From the NCBI GenBank assembly GCA_018263395.1, contig JAANXF010000016.1, positions 3,485-67,484 on the forward strand: a stretch of 64,000 nucleotides of DNA, read 5' to 3'. How positions within the stretch are numbered: position 1 is the stretch's first letter; each line of letters opens with the position of its first letter. The stretch is from Methanonatronarchaeales archaeon (GTDB taxonomy: Archaea > Halobacteriota > Methanonatronarchaeia > JAANXF01). The notes beneath the pieces were generated by a model, which had not been told where the DNA came from, did not search any database, and saw only the letters and a program-made list of their open reading frames with translations. Shown here in pieces: positions 9,226-17,398 of the stretch. Both the position numbers and the translations under genes were made by a program.

Positions 9226-9909
9226 ATGGTGCTGAGGCTCTTCCGCGTCGGCGTGACCCTGGTGGCCGCCACGGTAGCCTTCGGGTTCGCGGGCTACGGC
9301 TCGATACTGACCTCCCTGGCTGCGGTCGCGGCGGCCGTCACGCTGGCCGTGGGGTTCGCGGCGCAGGAGATGATCAAGAACCTGGTCAGCGGCGTATTCA
9401 TCCACTTCGAGAAACCTTTCAAGGTGGGCGACTGGATCGAGTGGGAGGACAACGTCGGCACCGTGGAGGACATCAGCCTCCGCGTCACCCGGGTCGCGAT
9501 CTTCGACAACGAGCTCCTCACCGTCCCGAACTCCCGGCTCACGGACGACGTTATCAAGAACCCGGTGGCGAAGGGCAGGCTGCGGATAAGGACGTCCTTC
9601 GGGATAGGGTACGACGACGACATCGACCTCGCCAAGGAGATAATACTGGAAACGGCGCGAGGGAACGAGGAGATACGGGAACACCCGGTCCCCACCGTAC
9701 ACCTTCGGGAACTCGCGGACAACTACATAAACCTGCAGGCCCGGTTCTGGGTAACGAACCCGAAGCGCACCGACTTCATCCGGATCAAGTCCGACTACGT
9801 CCAGGAGGTCAAGGAGCGCTTCGACGAGGTCGGCATCTCCCTCCCGGCTCCACAGCGCGAACTCTCCGGCAGCATCGACGTCAACCGGCCCGAAGAAGCC
9901 CCCGGATGA
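9226..9909 (+). CDS. Small-conductance mechanosensitive channel (MscS family)
   Basis: The pore helix AAVTLAVGFAAQEMIKNLVSGVFIHFEKPFKVGDWIE is followed by the beta-domain and a C-terminal alpha/beta domain. The upstream in-frame peptide (8992-9225) looks like a TM segment but contains no ATG/GTG/TTG start. Confidence 0.75.
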   Translation: MVLRLFRVGVTLVAATVAFGFAGYGSILTSLAAVAAAVTLAVGFAAQEMIKNLVSGVFIHFEKPFKVGDWIEWEDNVGTVEDISLRVTRVAIFDNELLTVPNSRLTDDVIKNPVAKGRLRIRTSFGIGYDDDIDLAKEIILETARGNEEIREHPVPTVHLRELADNYINLQARFWVTNPKRTDFIRIKSDYVQEVKERFDEVGISLPAPQRELSGSIDVNRPEEAPG

Positions 9910-10433
9910 ACCGGGACAGAGTGCAGTTCCTGCTGACCGCCGCCGGGCTGAAGGACGAGGAGAGGACCGGCTGGGGCCTCAGCGGCGTGGAGTCACCGGA
10001 GAGCGTGGCCGACCACTCCTGGGGAACCGCCCTGCTCTGCCTCCTCCACGCCGAAGACGCCTATGTCGACCCCGGACGCGCGGTCGCCATGGCGCTGGTC
10101 CACGACCTCCTCGAGGCCGAGACAGGCGACCTGCTGCCCGGCACCGAGGATAAGAGGGAGCGGGAGCGTGCGGCCCTTGACGCCATGTTCCCCGACGACG
10201 AGGGTATCCGGGGACTCCTGGAGGAGTACGCCACCGGTGAAACCGAGATAGCCCGCTTCGTCAAGGACATGGACCTCTGCGAGATGTGTCTCCAGGCCCT
10301 AAAGTACCGTGAGGAGGAGAGGAACGACGACCCCCTGGACGAGTTTCTCCTCACCGCGGAGCCACGGCTAAACACTGACACGGGGCGGGGGCTCTTCCGG
10401 GCAATCAGGGCGAGGTACGGCGACGGGGCGTGA
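9906..10433 (+). CDS. HD-domain phosphohydrolase (YfbR-like 5'-deoxynucleotidase family)
   Basis: The ATG at 9906 overlaps the mscS stop (ATGA). H..HSWGTALL...VHDLLEAETGD gives the H...HD...D metal motif. The track's 330-aa ORF 9441..10433 is an artefactual N-terminal extension. Confidence 0.75.
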   Translation: MNRDRVQFLLTAAGLKDEERTGWGLSGVESPESVADHSWGTALLCLLHAEDAYVDPGRAVAMALVHDLLEAETGDLLPGTEDKRERERAALDAMFPDDEGIRGLLEEYATGETEIARFVKDMDLCEMCLQALKYREEERNDDPLDEFLLTAEPRLNTDTGRGLFRAIRARYGDGA

Positions 10434-10474
10434 CTCCGGAAAAGCCCTTTACCGACACCACCATAACTCCACGC

Positions 10475-11275
10475 ATGCCGGCAGGGGAGATTCCACCCAT
10501 GGGGCTTGGAACGTGGCAGAACACGGGGCCACGGTGCGCGGACAGCGTCGAAACGGCGCTCGAAGCCGGATACAGGCACATCGACACGGCCCAGCTCTAC
10601 GATAACGAGGCACAGGTAGGGATAGGGATGGAGCGCAGCGAGGTGCCGCGTGAAGAGGTTACGCTCGCCACCAAGGTCTGGGTAGACCGGCTAACCCGGA
10701 ACGGTGTCCTGGAGAGCACCGCGGAGAGCCTGAAGAACCTCCGCACCGACTACGTCGACATCCTGTACGTCCACTGGCCCGGCGGGACGTACAGCCCCGA
10801 AGAGACCCTGTCCGCCTTCGACGAACTCGTCGACGACGGAAGGGTGAGACACGTGGGCGTCAGCAACTTCACCCCCGCCCTAATCGAAGAGGCCCGGAGA
10901 CACAGCCAGCACCCCATCTACACGAACCAGGTCGAGATGCATCCCTTGCTCCCTCAAGACGAGATGCGGCGGTACTGCGTCGAGAACGACATCCACCTGG
11001 TCGCCTACTCCCCCCTCGCCCGCGGCCGTGCACTCGAACTTCAGGAGGTGCGGGAGGTCGCAGAGAGACGCGGCGCGACCCCCGCACAGGTCTGCCTCGC
11101 CTGGCTCCTCTCCAGACAGAATGTCTTCCCAGTCCCGAAGGGTACCTCCCGGAAACACATCGAGGAGAACATAGGGGCCCTGGACCTGGAGCTCACTGAG
11201 GAGGACCTTGGGGATATAGACGAAATAGAAGAGCGGAAGCGGCTCATCTCCCCACCCAGCCTCGCCCCGTGGTGA
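10475..11275 (+). CDS. Aldo/keto reductase (2,5-diketo-D-gluconate reductase-like)
   Basis: MPAGEIPPMGLGTWQ...GYRHIDTAQLYDNE...VSNF, including the IPxxGxGTW start typical of AKRs. The ATG at 10475 is preferred over 10430. Confidence 0.8.
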   Translation: MPAGEIPPMGLGTWQNTGPRCADSVETALEAGYRHIDTAQLYDNEAQVGIGMERSEVPREEVTLATKVWVDRLTRNGVLESTAESLKNLRTDYVDILYVHWPGGTYSPEETLSAFDELVDDGRVRHVGVSNFTPALIEEARRHSQHPIYTNQVEMHPLLPQDEMRRYCVENDIHLVAYSPLARGRALELQEVREVAERRGATPAQVCLAWLLSRQNVFPVPKGTSRKHIEENIGALDLELTEEDLGDIDEIEERKRLISPPSLAPW

Positions 11276-11343
11276 GGAGGCCGAGTGCGGGGCACACGGG
11301 TCCAGGCGTACCTAAAGAGGGATCCCGCGAGGGGTGTGGCCGG

Positions 11344-12402
11344 CTATCCACGCATCACGTGGACCTTGTCCCGCTTGAACGACACCGTCACCCCCTCCCT
11401 GGTGTCCATGGAGAGGCGCCGATACGCGTGATCCGGGACGTCGATACGCACCCGCGGCCCGCACTCCAGCGACACCCCGATTGAGTGCACACCGCCCCTG
11501 TCCACACGGTCCACTACGGTCCCCCTGAGCATGTTCTCCCGTATGTTGTCCCGCAGGGGTTTCCCCTCCCGAATAATCATTATGTCCTCCGGCCGCACGC
11601 AGAATTCCACGTCCTCCCCGACCGCGAAGCCGGATGTCTCTGCCTCCACGACACCGCCCCTCCACGACACCTCCAATCCGTCCTCTCCCGACTCGACGAC
11701 CTCGCCCGAGAACACGTTTTCCGCACCCATGAAGGACGCCACGAATCGGTCTCTGGGCCGCCGCATGACCTCTCCCGGTTTACCTACCTGATGGATCCGT
11801 CCCCCGCCCATCACCGCTATCCTGTCCCCGACGACCATCGCCTCCTCCTGGTCGTGGGTGACGTAGATAACGGGAACGTCCAGGTCCCCGAGTAGCTCCT
11901 TGAGGTCGTGCCTCAGCCTCCTCCTTATCTGGGCGTCCAGGCTGGACAGCGGCTCGTCGAGCAGAAGCGCCTCCGGGTCGCAGCAGAGCGCTCTCGCCAG
12001 CGCCACCCTCTGCTGCTCCCCCCCACTGAGTCCGCCGACCTCCCTGCTGAGCAGGTTCTCTATCTCCAGTAGTTCGGCAGTCTCGAGCACCCTGTCCGGG
12101 TCCCCTGCACCGTACGCTATGTTCTCCCTTACGTCGAGGTGGGGAAACAGCGCGTATCTCTGGAAGACCAGGCCGACCCCCCTCTTCTCCGGAGGCAGGC
12201 CGTCCAGCGGTCGGCCCCCCATCCTCACGGAGCCCTCAAATGACTCGAATCCGGCGATGATTTTCAGCAGAGTGCTCTTCCCGCTCCCGCTGGGACCCAG
12301 GATTACCGTGACCCCTGCGCCGAAGGCCACGTCGACGGGCCCGAGGGAGAAGTCGGGGTACCGCCTCTCGACGGACTCCATCTCCAGGGTGTAATCCTTC
12401 AC
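11344..12402 (-). CDS. wtpC: ABC transporter ATP-binding protein with C-terminal TOBE/MOP domain (molybdate/tungstate type)
   Basis: Walker A GPSGSGKST, LSGGEQQRVALARAL, Walker B LLLDEPLSSLD and a C-terminal MOP-like domain. The GTG at 12402 overlaps the permease stop (GTGA); the track's ATG at 12525 adds a G/R-rich extension. Confidence 0.85.
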   Translation of the reverse strand: MKDYTLEMESVERRYPDFSLGPVDVAFGAGVTVILGPSGSGKSTLLKIIAGFESFEGSVRMGGRPLDGLPPEKRGVGLVFQRYALFPHLDVRENIAYGAGDPDRVLETAELLEIENLLSREVGGLSGGEQQRVALARALCCDPEALLLDEPLSSLDAQIRRRLRHDLKELLGDLDVPVIYVTHDQEEAMVVGDRIAVMGGGRIHQVGKPGEVMRRPRDRFVASFMGAENVFSGEVVESGEDGLEVSWRGGVVEAETSGFAVGEDVEFCVRPEDIMIIREGKPLRDNIRENMLRGTVVDRVDRGGVHSIGVSLECGPRVRIDVPDHAYRRLSMDTREGVTVSFKRDKVHVMRG

Positions 12403-13181
12403 GTGGACACCCCCGGAAACCTTCCCACGTAGAGGACCGCCGCCACCACGGCGGACCCCAGCCCGAGGAGAAGGAACACGAGTGGGGCCGTGGCCTCCAC
12501 TCCGTGCGAGATGAACGTCACCCATATCTGGGTGGGCATGGTGTGGGGGTTGTACGCCGTCATCATGGTGGCGCCGAACTCGCCGATGGACCTCGCGAAA
12601 GTGAGAACGACTCCCGCCAGTATAGAGCCCCTCGCAAGGGGTAGCGATACCCGGTAGAACGTTTCCATAGGGCCCTTACCCAGGTTGCGAGATGCCTGCT
12701 CTATCTCCGGGTCTATAGAGGCGAAGCCCGCACGGGAAGTAATCACGACGAAGGGGGACGCCACGAACGTCTGGGCCAGCACCACTCCGAGCAGGCTGTC
12801 CGTCAGCTCCAGACCTGCCTCCCTCGCGAGGGCGCCTACAGGAGTGAAGTGCCCGAACCCGGTCAGTAGCATAGTTCCGCCCACTACAGGGGGGAGAACC
12901 AGTGGCAGGATCACGAGTGTCTCTACCAAGAGCTTGCCCCTGAAAGAGGTCCGGGCCAGCAGGTAGGCCAGAGGGACGCCGAGGGCGGTGGCAATCGCCG
13001 TAGCTATCGGTGCGGTCACCAGCGAATGCCTGATGGCTTCGAGGTTTGCGGGTGAGGCGATGTCTGCCGTGCCGCCCCATCCCGCGGACAGCGTGAACGT
13101 CACGATGGGGTAGGCCAGATACGCAAGAAGGACGCCGCCCATGATTACGTGGAGGCCTCTACCCCTGAGCCCACCGTTCAA
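12399..13181 (-). CDS. wtpB: ABC transporter permease (ModB/WtpB-like)
   Basis: Six TM segments and the EAA-like loop ...ARSIGEFGATMMTAYNPHTMP. Its ATG overlaps the wtpA stop (ATGA). Confidence 0.85.
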   Translation of the reverse strand: MNGGLRGRGLHVIMGGVLLAYLAYPIVTFTLSAGWGGTADIASPANLEAIRHSLVTAPIATAIATALGVPLAYLLARTSFRGKLLVETLVILPLVLPPVVGGTMLLTGFGHFTPVGALAREAGLELTDSLLGVVLAQTFVASPFVVITSRAGFASIDPEIEQASRNLGKGPMETFYRVSLPLARGSILAGVVLTFARSIGEFGATMMTAYNPHTMPTQIWVTFISHGVEATAPLVFLLLGLGSAVVAAVLYVGRFPGVST

Positions 13182-14113
13182 GGCATCACGCCTCCCGGAA
13201 CGTCGCCGTGGGGAGCCGGGAAGCTGTCCCTCACGATTAAGCCGTTCCGTTTGAGAAGGTCCCTCCTCTGCAGCAGGTACCTGACGAACCTTTTCCCGGC
13301 CTCCGGGTTCTCCGCATCACTGGGCACGGTTACGCTGTAGAGCACCGTGGAGCCCCTGACGACGTCTCCGTCTCCCGTCTCATAGCTGCTGGAGGCGTAC
13401 CTTTCTGCGAACGTCGGGTCAGAGAAGTCGATTTCGTCCGGAAGGTCCAGGAAGGGGAGGCCGTGATCCGTCGCCATGTTGCCGTAGCAAACAGCGGCAA
13501 CCCTCTCGCCCGTCTCGACCGATGCCAGCATGTGCGCCTCCTCCGGGTCCACCACGAGGTTCCGGGCAAGGTCCTCGGCCAGGCCGGGTTCCCCGTAGTA
13601 TCCCTGAGCCAGCTGAAACATCTGTACGGTGCGGTACCCGAGGGGGTCGAGGTCCGGGTCGCTCATCGCTATTTTGGAGTCCGTTTCCCGGAAAACCTCG
13701 TACCAGGGCTCCCCGGACGAGAGCCTTTTGCCGACCTCGGTTTCCGGGTTGTAGGTTATACCGACCGGGCTGGATGCGAAGACCACGTCCCACTCCGCGT
13801 GCCCCGGATAGAGGCGGTCCCTTAGCAGTCCCGCGTCGGCGCTCACCACGACGTCTGGGCGCTTACTCCCTCCTTCGACCATCCTCATCACCGCCCTTGA
13901 ACCGTGGTACTCTCCCCTGTACTCTATGCCGGTATCGCTTTCGAACGCCGGTCCGATTTCGTCCTCCAGCAGCACGGAAAGGCTCCCCGCAGACAGTACA
14001 CTGACCCTCCCCTGAAAGCCGCCGGGTTCGTCTACCCCTATACATCCGACAGATGTGGTGGCCAAGAGCGCCAGCAGTGCGCCCGTTAACAAGAGCCTCC
14101 CCGTGCCCGGCAT
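13178..14113 (-). CDS. wtpA: Tungstate/molybdate substrate-binding lipoprotein (archaeal WtpA family)
   Basis: Signal peptide plus lipobox-like ...ATTSVGCIG, then the WtpA-like core VLSAGSLS...VVVSADAG...SPVGITYNP. It is first in the wtpABC operon. Confidence 0.8.
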   Translation of the reverse strand: MPGTGRLLLTGALLALLATTSVGCIGVDEPGGFQGRVSVLSAGSLSVLLEDEIGPAFESDTGIEYRGEYHGSRAVMRMVEGGSKRPDVVVSADAGLLRDRLYPGHAEWDVVFASSPVGITYNPETEVGKRLSSGEPWYEVFRETDSKIAMSDPDLDPLGYRTVQMFQLAQGYYGEPGLAEDLARNLVVDPEEAHMLASVETGERVAAVCYGNMATDHGLPFLDLPDEIDFSDPTFAERYASSSYETGDGDVVRGSTVLYSVTVPSDAENPEAGKRFVRYLLQRRDLLKRNGLIVRDSFPAPHGDVPGGVMP

Positions 14114-14156
14114 GAAAGGGATTAATTTATCTATCTTAATATAAAGATTTAGTTAA
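14114..14156. promoter_or_regulatory. 43-bp AT-rich divergent promoter region between wtpA and tfx with TATA-like boxes (TTAATATAAAG; ATAAATTAAT on the other strand)
   Basis: gaaagggattaatttatctatcttaatataaagatttagttaa is the only AT-rich stretch locally. Both flanking genes begin within about 25 nt of a TATA element, which implies leaderless mRNAs. Confidence 0.6.
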
Positions 14157-14591
14157 ATGGATTTACTTAAACCCGAGCCGCCCGACGCGGACTCCACCCT
14201 CCTAACTGACCGCCAGGTTCAGGTCCTCCACCTCCGCGGCGAGGGCCTCTCCCAGAGCGAGGTCGCCGAACGCCTTGGCACCTCCGTCCCCAACATCTCC
14301 ACAATCGAGAAACGCGCCCGTAAAAATATAGATAAGGCCAAACGCACCGTGACCCTCCTCAGGGAGTTCGATGCGCCCGTCCGGATTACCATCAGCGACG
14401 GCACGGACCTCTACGAGGTCCCGGGCGCCATCTACGACGCAGCCGACGGGGCGAGTATCAAGGTCAGGCGCAGTGGACCCGAAATCCTGCGGCTCGTCCA
14501 CCGCGAGGCGGGCGACAAGGTCAGGGACCGCGCAGTCACCAGCCCGCTCACCATCTCAGTCGACCGCGACGGCAAAATCACAATCCGCTGA
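14157..14591 (+). CDS. tfx: Tfx-family DNA-binding protein (HTH, sigma-70 region-4/LuxR-like)
   Basis: LLTDRQVQVLHLRGEGLSQSEVAERLGTSVPNISTIEKRARKNIDKAKRTV matches the Tfx N-terminal HTH architecture. Tfx is a known regulator of Mo/W formylmethanofuran dehydrogenase operons in methanogens. Confidence 0.8.
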   Translation: MDLLKPEPPDADSTLLTDRQVQVLHLRGEGLSQSEVAERLGTSVPNISTIEKRARKNIDKAKRTVTLLREFDAPVRITISDGTDLYEVPGAIYDAADGASIKVRRSGPEILRLVHREAGDKVRDRAVTSPLTISVDRDGKITIR

Positions 14592-14623
14592 ACATAAGGC
14601 CCTACAACAGAGATGGCAAACCT

Positions 14624-14770
14624 ATGACTGTAGGAGGAGTGTGCGACGTCTGCGGAGGGGGCGCCAAGAAGCTGTACACCTGTGAGCTCTGCGGCAAGAC
14701 CGTCTGCGAAAAGCACTACGTGGTAGAGGAGGGGATCTGCACCGAATGCGTACCCCGCAGGGGACTCTAA
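14624..14770 (+). CDS. Small zinc-ribbon protein (48 aa, 8 Cys)
   Basis: MTVGGVCDVCGGGAKKLYTCELCGKTVCEKHYVVEEGICTECVPRRGL*. It has CxxC...CxxC...CxxC spacing and sits between tfx and the PRTase gene. Confidence 0.35.
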   Translation: MTVGGVCDVCGGGAKKLYTCELCGKTVCEKHYVVEEGICTECVPRRGL

Positions 14771-14771
14771 C

Positions 14772-15404
14772 TTGTTCCAAGACAGGAGGGACGCCGGGAG
14801 GCAGCTCGCCGACGAACTCGCCGACCGCGACTACGCCGACCCCGTCGTCATCGCCATACCCCGCGGCGGCGTCCCGCTCGGCGTAGAGGTCGCGGACGCC
14901 CTGAACGCCCCGCTCGACCTCGTCGTCCCCCGCAAGATAGGGGCCCCCAACAACCCGGAGTACGCCATCGGCGCAGTCACCGAGGACGGCTCCGTCGTGC
15001 TCAACGAGGCCGCGGTTCGACGGACCGGTGCCACGGAGGAGTACATAGAACGGGCCGGCGAGGAGGAGCGGCGGGAGATAGAGAGGAGGCTGAAAGAGTA
15101 CAGGGGCGACAGGAAGCCGGTACCGATCGAGGGAAAAACGGCGATAGTCGTAGACGACGGCGTCGCCACCGGAACCACCCTGAAGGCGGCGGTGAAGTCG
15201 ATTCGCAGCAGGAACCCCGCGAGAATAGTGATAGCGGTCCCCGTGGGCGCGAAGTCGAGCATAGCGGAATTCGAAGAGTTGGCCGACTACGTCGTCTGCC
15301 TCGAAGTCCCACGGTTTTTCCGTGCCGTGGGACAGCACTATCAGAGCTTTCCACAGACCAGTGACGAGGAGGTCAGGAGGCTGATGAAGGGCCACCGGGG
15401 ATGA
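14772..15404 (+). CDS. Phosphoribosyltransferase-domain protein (type I PRTase)
   Basis: TTG start. PRPP-binding motif TAIVVDDGVATGTT and IAIPRGGVPLG. It is about 210 aa. Confidence 0.75.
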   Translation: MFQDRRDAGRQLADELADRDYADPVVIAIPRGGVPLGVEVADALNAPLDLVVPRKIGAPNNPEYAIGAVTEDGSVVLNEAAVRRTGATEEYIERAGEEERREIERRLKEYRGDRKPVPIEGKTAIVVDDGVATGTTLKAAVKSIRSRNPARIVIAVPVGAKSSIAEFEELADYVVCLEVPRFFRAVGQHYQSFPQTSDEEVRRLMKGHRG

Positions 15405-16060
15405 GGCTGACAGTCGCCTCGGACATCCACGCCCCCCTGAACCTCGATAGATTCGAGGGGCTGCTCAGAGAAACCGGGGAATTCGACGTGCTCCTCCTGG
15501 CGGGCGACGTGGTTAACGACAACGACAACGACCGATACGAGGATGTCCTGGGAGAAGTTTCCCACGACGCAGAGGTGTACGCCGTCTTCGGCAACGAGGA
15601 GTACGAAGAGCAGCACGACGAGTACGTCCGCCGCTACGGGGACCGGGTGCACTTCCTGGACGACGTCGCCGTGAACCTCGACGGCCTGCAGATAGTCGGG
15701 ACCACGGGCTCCCTGGACCGTCCCACATGGTGGCAGCGCACCAACAGACCGGAGCTCTGGCGAGTCTACGCCGAGCGGGTGAAGACGGTCGACCGGCTCC
15801 TCTCGACGTGCTCGAGGGCAGTGCTGCTGACCCACTACGCACCGACCTACAGCACCCTGGAGGGGGAGAACCCGGAGGACTGGCCCGAGATGGGCAGACG
15901 GGAGTTCGAGGACGTCATCGAGAGACACGGCGACCGCCTCGTCGCAGTGGTGCACGGCCACGCACACAGGGGCAAAAGTAGCGGCGAGGTCACCGGCGTT
16001 CCAATCATCAACGCCGCCGTCACGCTCGACAGGGAGAGGCTGCCGGTCGTGGAGGTCTAG
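15401..16060 (+). CDS. Metallophosphoesterase (calcineurin-like)
   Basis: ASDIHAP...LAGDVVND...GNEE...THYAP...GHAH motifs. Its ATG overlaps the preceding stop (ATGA). Confidence 0.75.
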   Translation: MRLTVASDIHAPLNLDRFEGLLRETGEFDVLLLAGDVVNDNDNDRYEDVLGEVSHDAEVYAVFGNEEYEEQHDEYVRRYGDRVHFLDDVAVNLDGLQIVGTTGSLDRPTWWQRTNRPELWRVYAERVKTVDRLLSTCSRAVLLTHYAPTYSTLEGENPEDWPEMGRREFEDVIERHGDRLVAVVHGHAHRGKSSGEVTGVPIINAAVTLDRERLPVVEV

Positions 16061-16142
16061 TTGGGCTGGAATCCCGGCTTTGGAGTCTCAACGTAACCTG
16101 AATCCCAGTTGGCCGTCGAGTGTCCGGTGAACCGAGCAGGGC

Positions 16143-16466
16143 TTAACGCGTTCCAGCAGCCTCTCTTTCTGTTTGTTCCCTAGAGGGGCCGCCATCCATA
16201 TCCACGGAGTACTCGAACACGGTCTCGTCTACGCCTCTGTCGAGAGAAATCTCTGTCTCGACGGAATCGAGGGGAATTTCTTCTTCGTCAGCAGCCATCC
16301 TGATCGACATGTTAAGGCAGGCCGCAAATGCGGCCTCCAACAGTTCGTGTGGCCTGAAGCCCTCGCCGGAGCCGCCCTTCTACGGAGCCGCGTCTGCAAA
16401 AGCCTCGAATGACCCGTTGGTGAACCTGCACCTGTACCGCTCCTGCTCGCTTCTGCACGTGATCAT
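16143..16466 (-). pseudogene. OsmC/Ohr-family peroxiredoxin-like gene interrupted by an in-frame TAG
   Basis: ATG at 16466 gives MITCRSEQERYRCRFTNGSFEAFADAAP, then a TAG at 16382-16380, then in the same frame KGGSGEGFRPHELLEAAFAACLNMSIRMAADEE... to 16143. This closely matches the OsmC motif G.nPeELl.aA.aaC. A TTTTAATA box lies about 30 nt upstream of the ATG. The track shows only the distal 65-aa piece with a TTG start. Confidence 0.4.
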
Positions 16467-16562
16467 CGGTGAATGAATTCACTGCAGAACTATTAAAACT
16501 TGAAATCTACGGGCGGGAATTCTCTAAGTGCTGCTTCCTCTCTCGATTGCCCGGCTCCCGTT

Positions 16563-16904
16563 CTACTCCTGAAGCGCGTCGAAGAGGTCCCACTCCAGCT
16601 TTGCGAGATCCTGAACCACCTCGCTGTCGCTGTTAATCTGGTACATCTGGCCCGCGGTCTTCCTGGTGTTGACTATGACGCCGAGTTCTTCCAGGTCGTC
16701 GAGGTGCTTGTACACTGTGGTCCGGTTGAGGCCGGAGATTCGGGTAATCTCGGTTACGGACAGGTCCATGTCGCTCTCGCTCAGCATCGTCGCCAGTATC
16801 CTGGTCTTCGAGTGGTCCCCGAAGAGGTACGTCAGCGCGGCTCCTTCAGCGAAGGGCTCCTTGCCGTCGCTATCGCTCTCTTGCCTCGGGTTGCTAATTG
16901 CCAC
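16563..16904 (-). CDS. Winged-helix transcriptional regulator
   Basis: LSVTEITRISGLNRTTVYKHLDDLEELGVIV is a wHTH recognition helix plus wing. A TATA (GTTTATATACC) lies about 40 nt upstream on the minus strand. Confidence 0.65.
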   Translation of the reverse strand: MAISNPRQESDSDGKEPFAEGAALTYLFGDHSKTRILATMLSESDMDLSVTEITRISGLNRTTVYKHLDDLEELGVIVNTRKTAGQMYQINSDSEVVQDLAKLEWDLFDALQE

Positions 16905-16962
16905 CTTTCACCTCTCCAACTCTTACAACTTCTTTAAAGGTATATAAACTTTAGGTTTTTAC

Positions 16963-16978
16963 AAACAACTTGTTGTTT
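16963..16978. promoter_or_regulatory. Perfect 16-bp palindrome AAACAAC-TT-GTTGTTT in the AT-rich divergent intergenic region (candidate operator)
   Basis: Read directly from the sequence at 16963-16978, adjacent to the TATA at 16938-16950. It lies between the wHTH regulator gene and the 17023 gene. Confidence 0.5.
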
Positions 16979-17022
16979 CTAATCAACACGCTTATGTTAG
17001 TAGCGAGGGACAAAAAAAGACC

Positions 17023-17286
17023 ATGGAGCGGGAGGCGATGAATACCAAGGTGGTGAAGAAGCTTCTCCGCAAGAACGTCGTCGGGAAACACAACAAGACC
17101 GTGGACACGGTCAAGAACTGGTTCCCCACGCACCTGCAGGACGACGCGAAGGACGTAATCAAGGAGATGGTCAGGGACCCTGAGGCTCCGGTCGAACGGT
17201 ACGGCGGCGCCCGGAACGCTATACGCCTCACCAGCGTCGAGGACGCCAAGAGGTACATCGAGGACCTTGGCTTCGACCCGCCGTAG
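17023..17286 (+). CDS. Hypothetical small basic/acidic protein (87 aa)
   Basis: A clean ORF in an otherwise non-coding region, preceded by an A-rich stretch. No domain recognised. Confidence 0.45.
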   Translation: MEREAMNTKVVKKLLRKNVVGKHNKTVDTVKNWFPTHLQDDAKDVIKEMVRDPEAPVERYGGARNAIRLTSVEDAKRYIEDLGFDPP

Positions 17287-17398
17287 GGCGTTTGAGCACT
17301 ATGAATCTACACAGATCCCTCTCACTTTTAGCGACTTGCCCACCCTACTTTGCCCCTTTCCCTGAAGCTTGAAGCCCCGCCCTACTTACTAATCGGCC

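Noticed and set aside
9441-10433. 330-aa plus-strand ORF spanning the mscS 3' half and the HD hydrolase gene
   Set aside because: The first 155 aa are R/G/P-rich nonsense in an alternative frame of mscS. The real gene is the HD-domain protein starting at the ATG at 9906.
14622-15395. 257-aa minus-strand ORF
   Set aside because: It is antisense to the phosphoribosyltransferase gene, and the sense gene has clear PRPP-binding motifs.
16173-16412. 79-aa plus-strand ORF
   Set aside because: It is antisense to the OsmC-like reading frame, which has the strong family signature. It has no start context.
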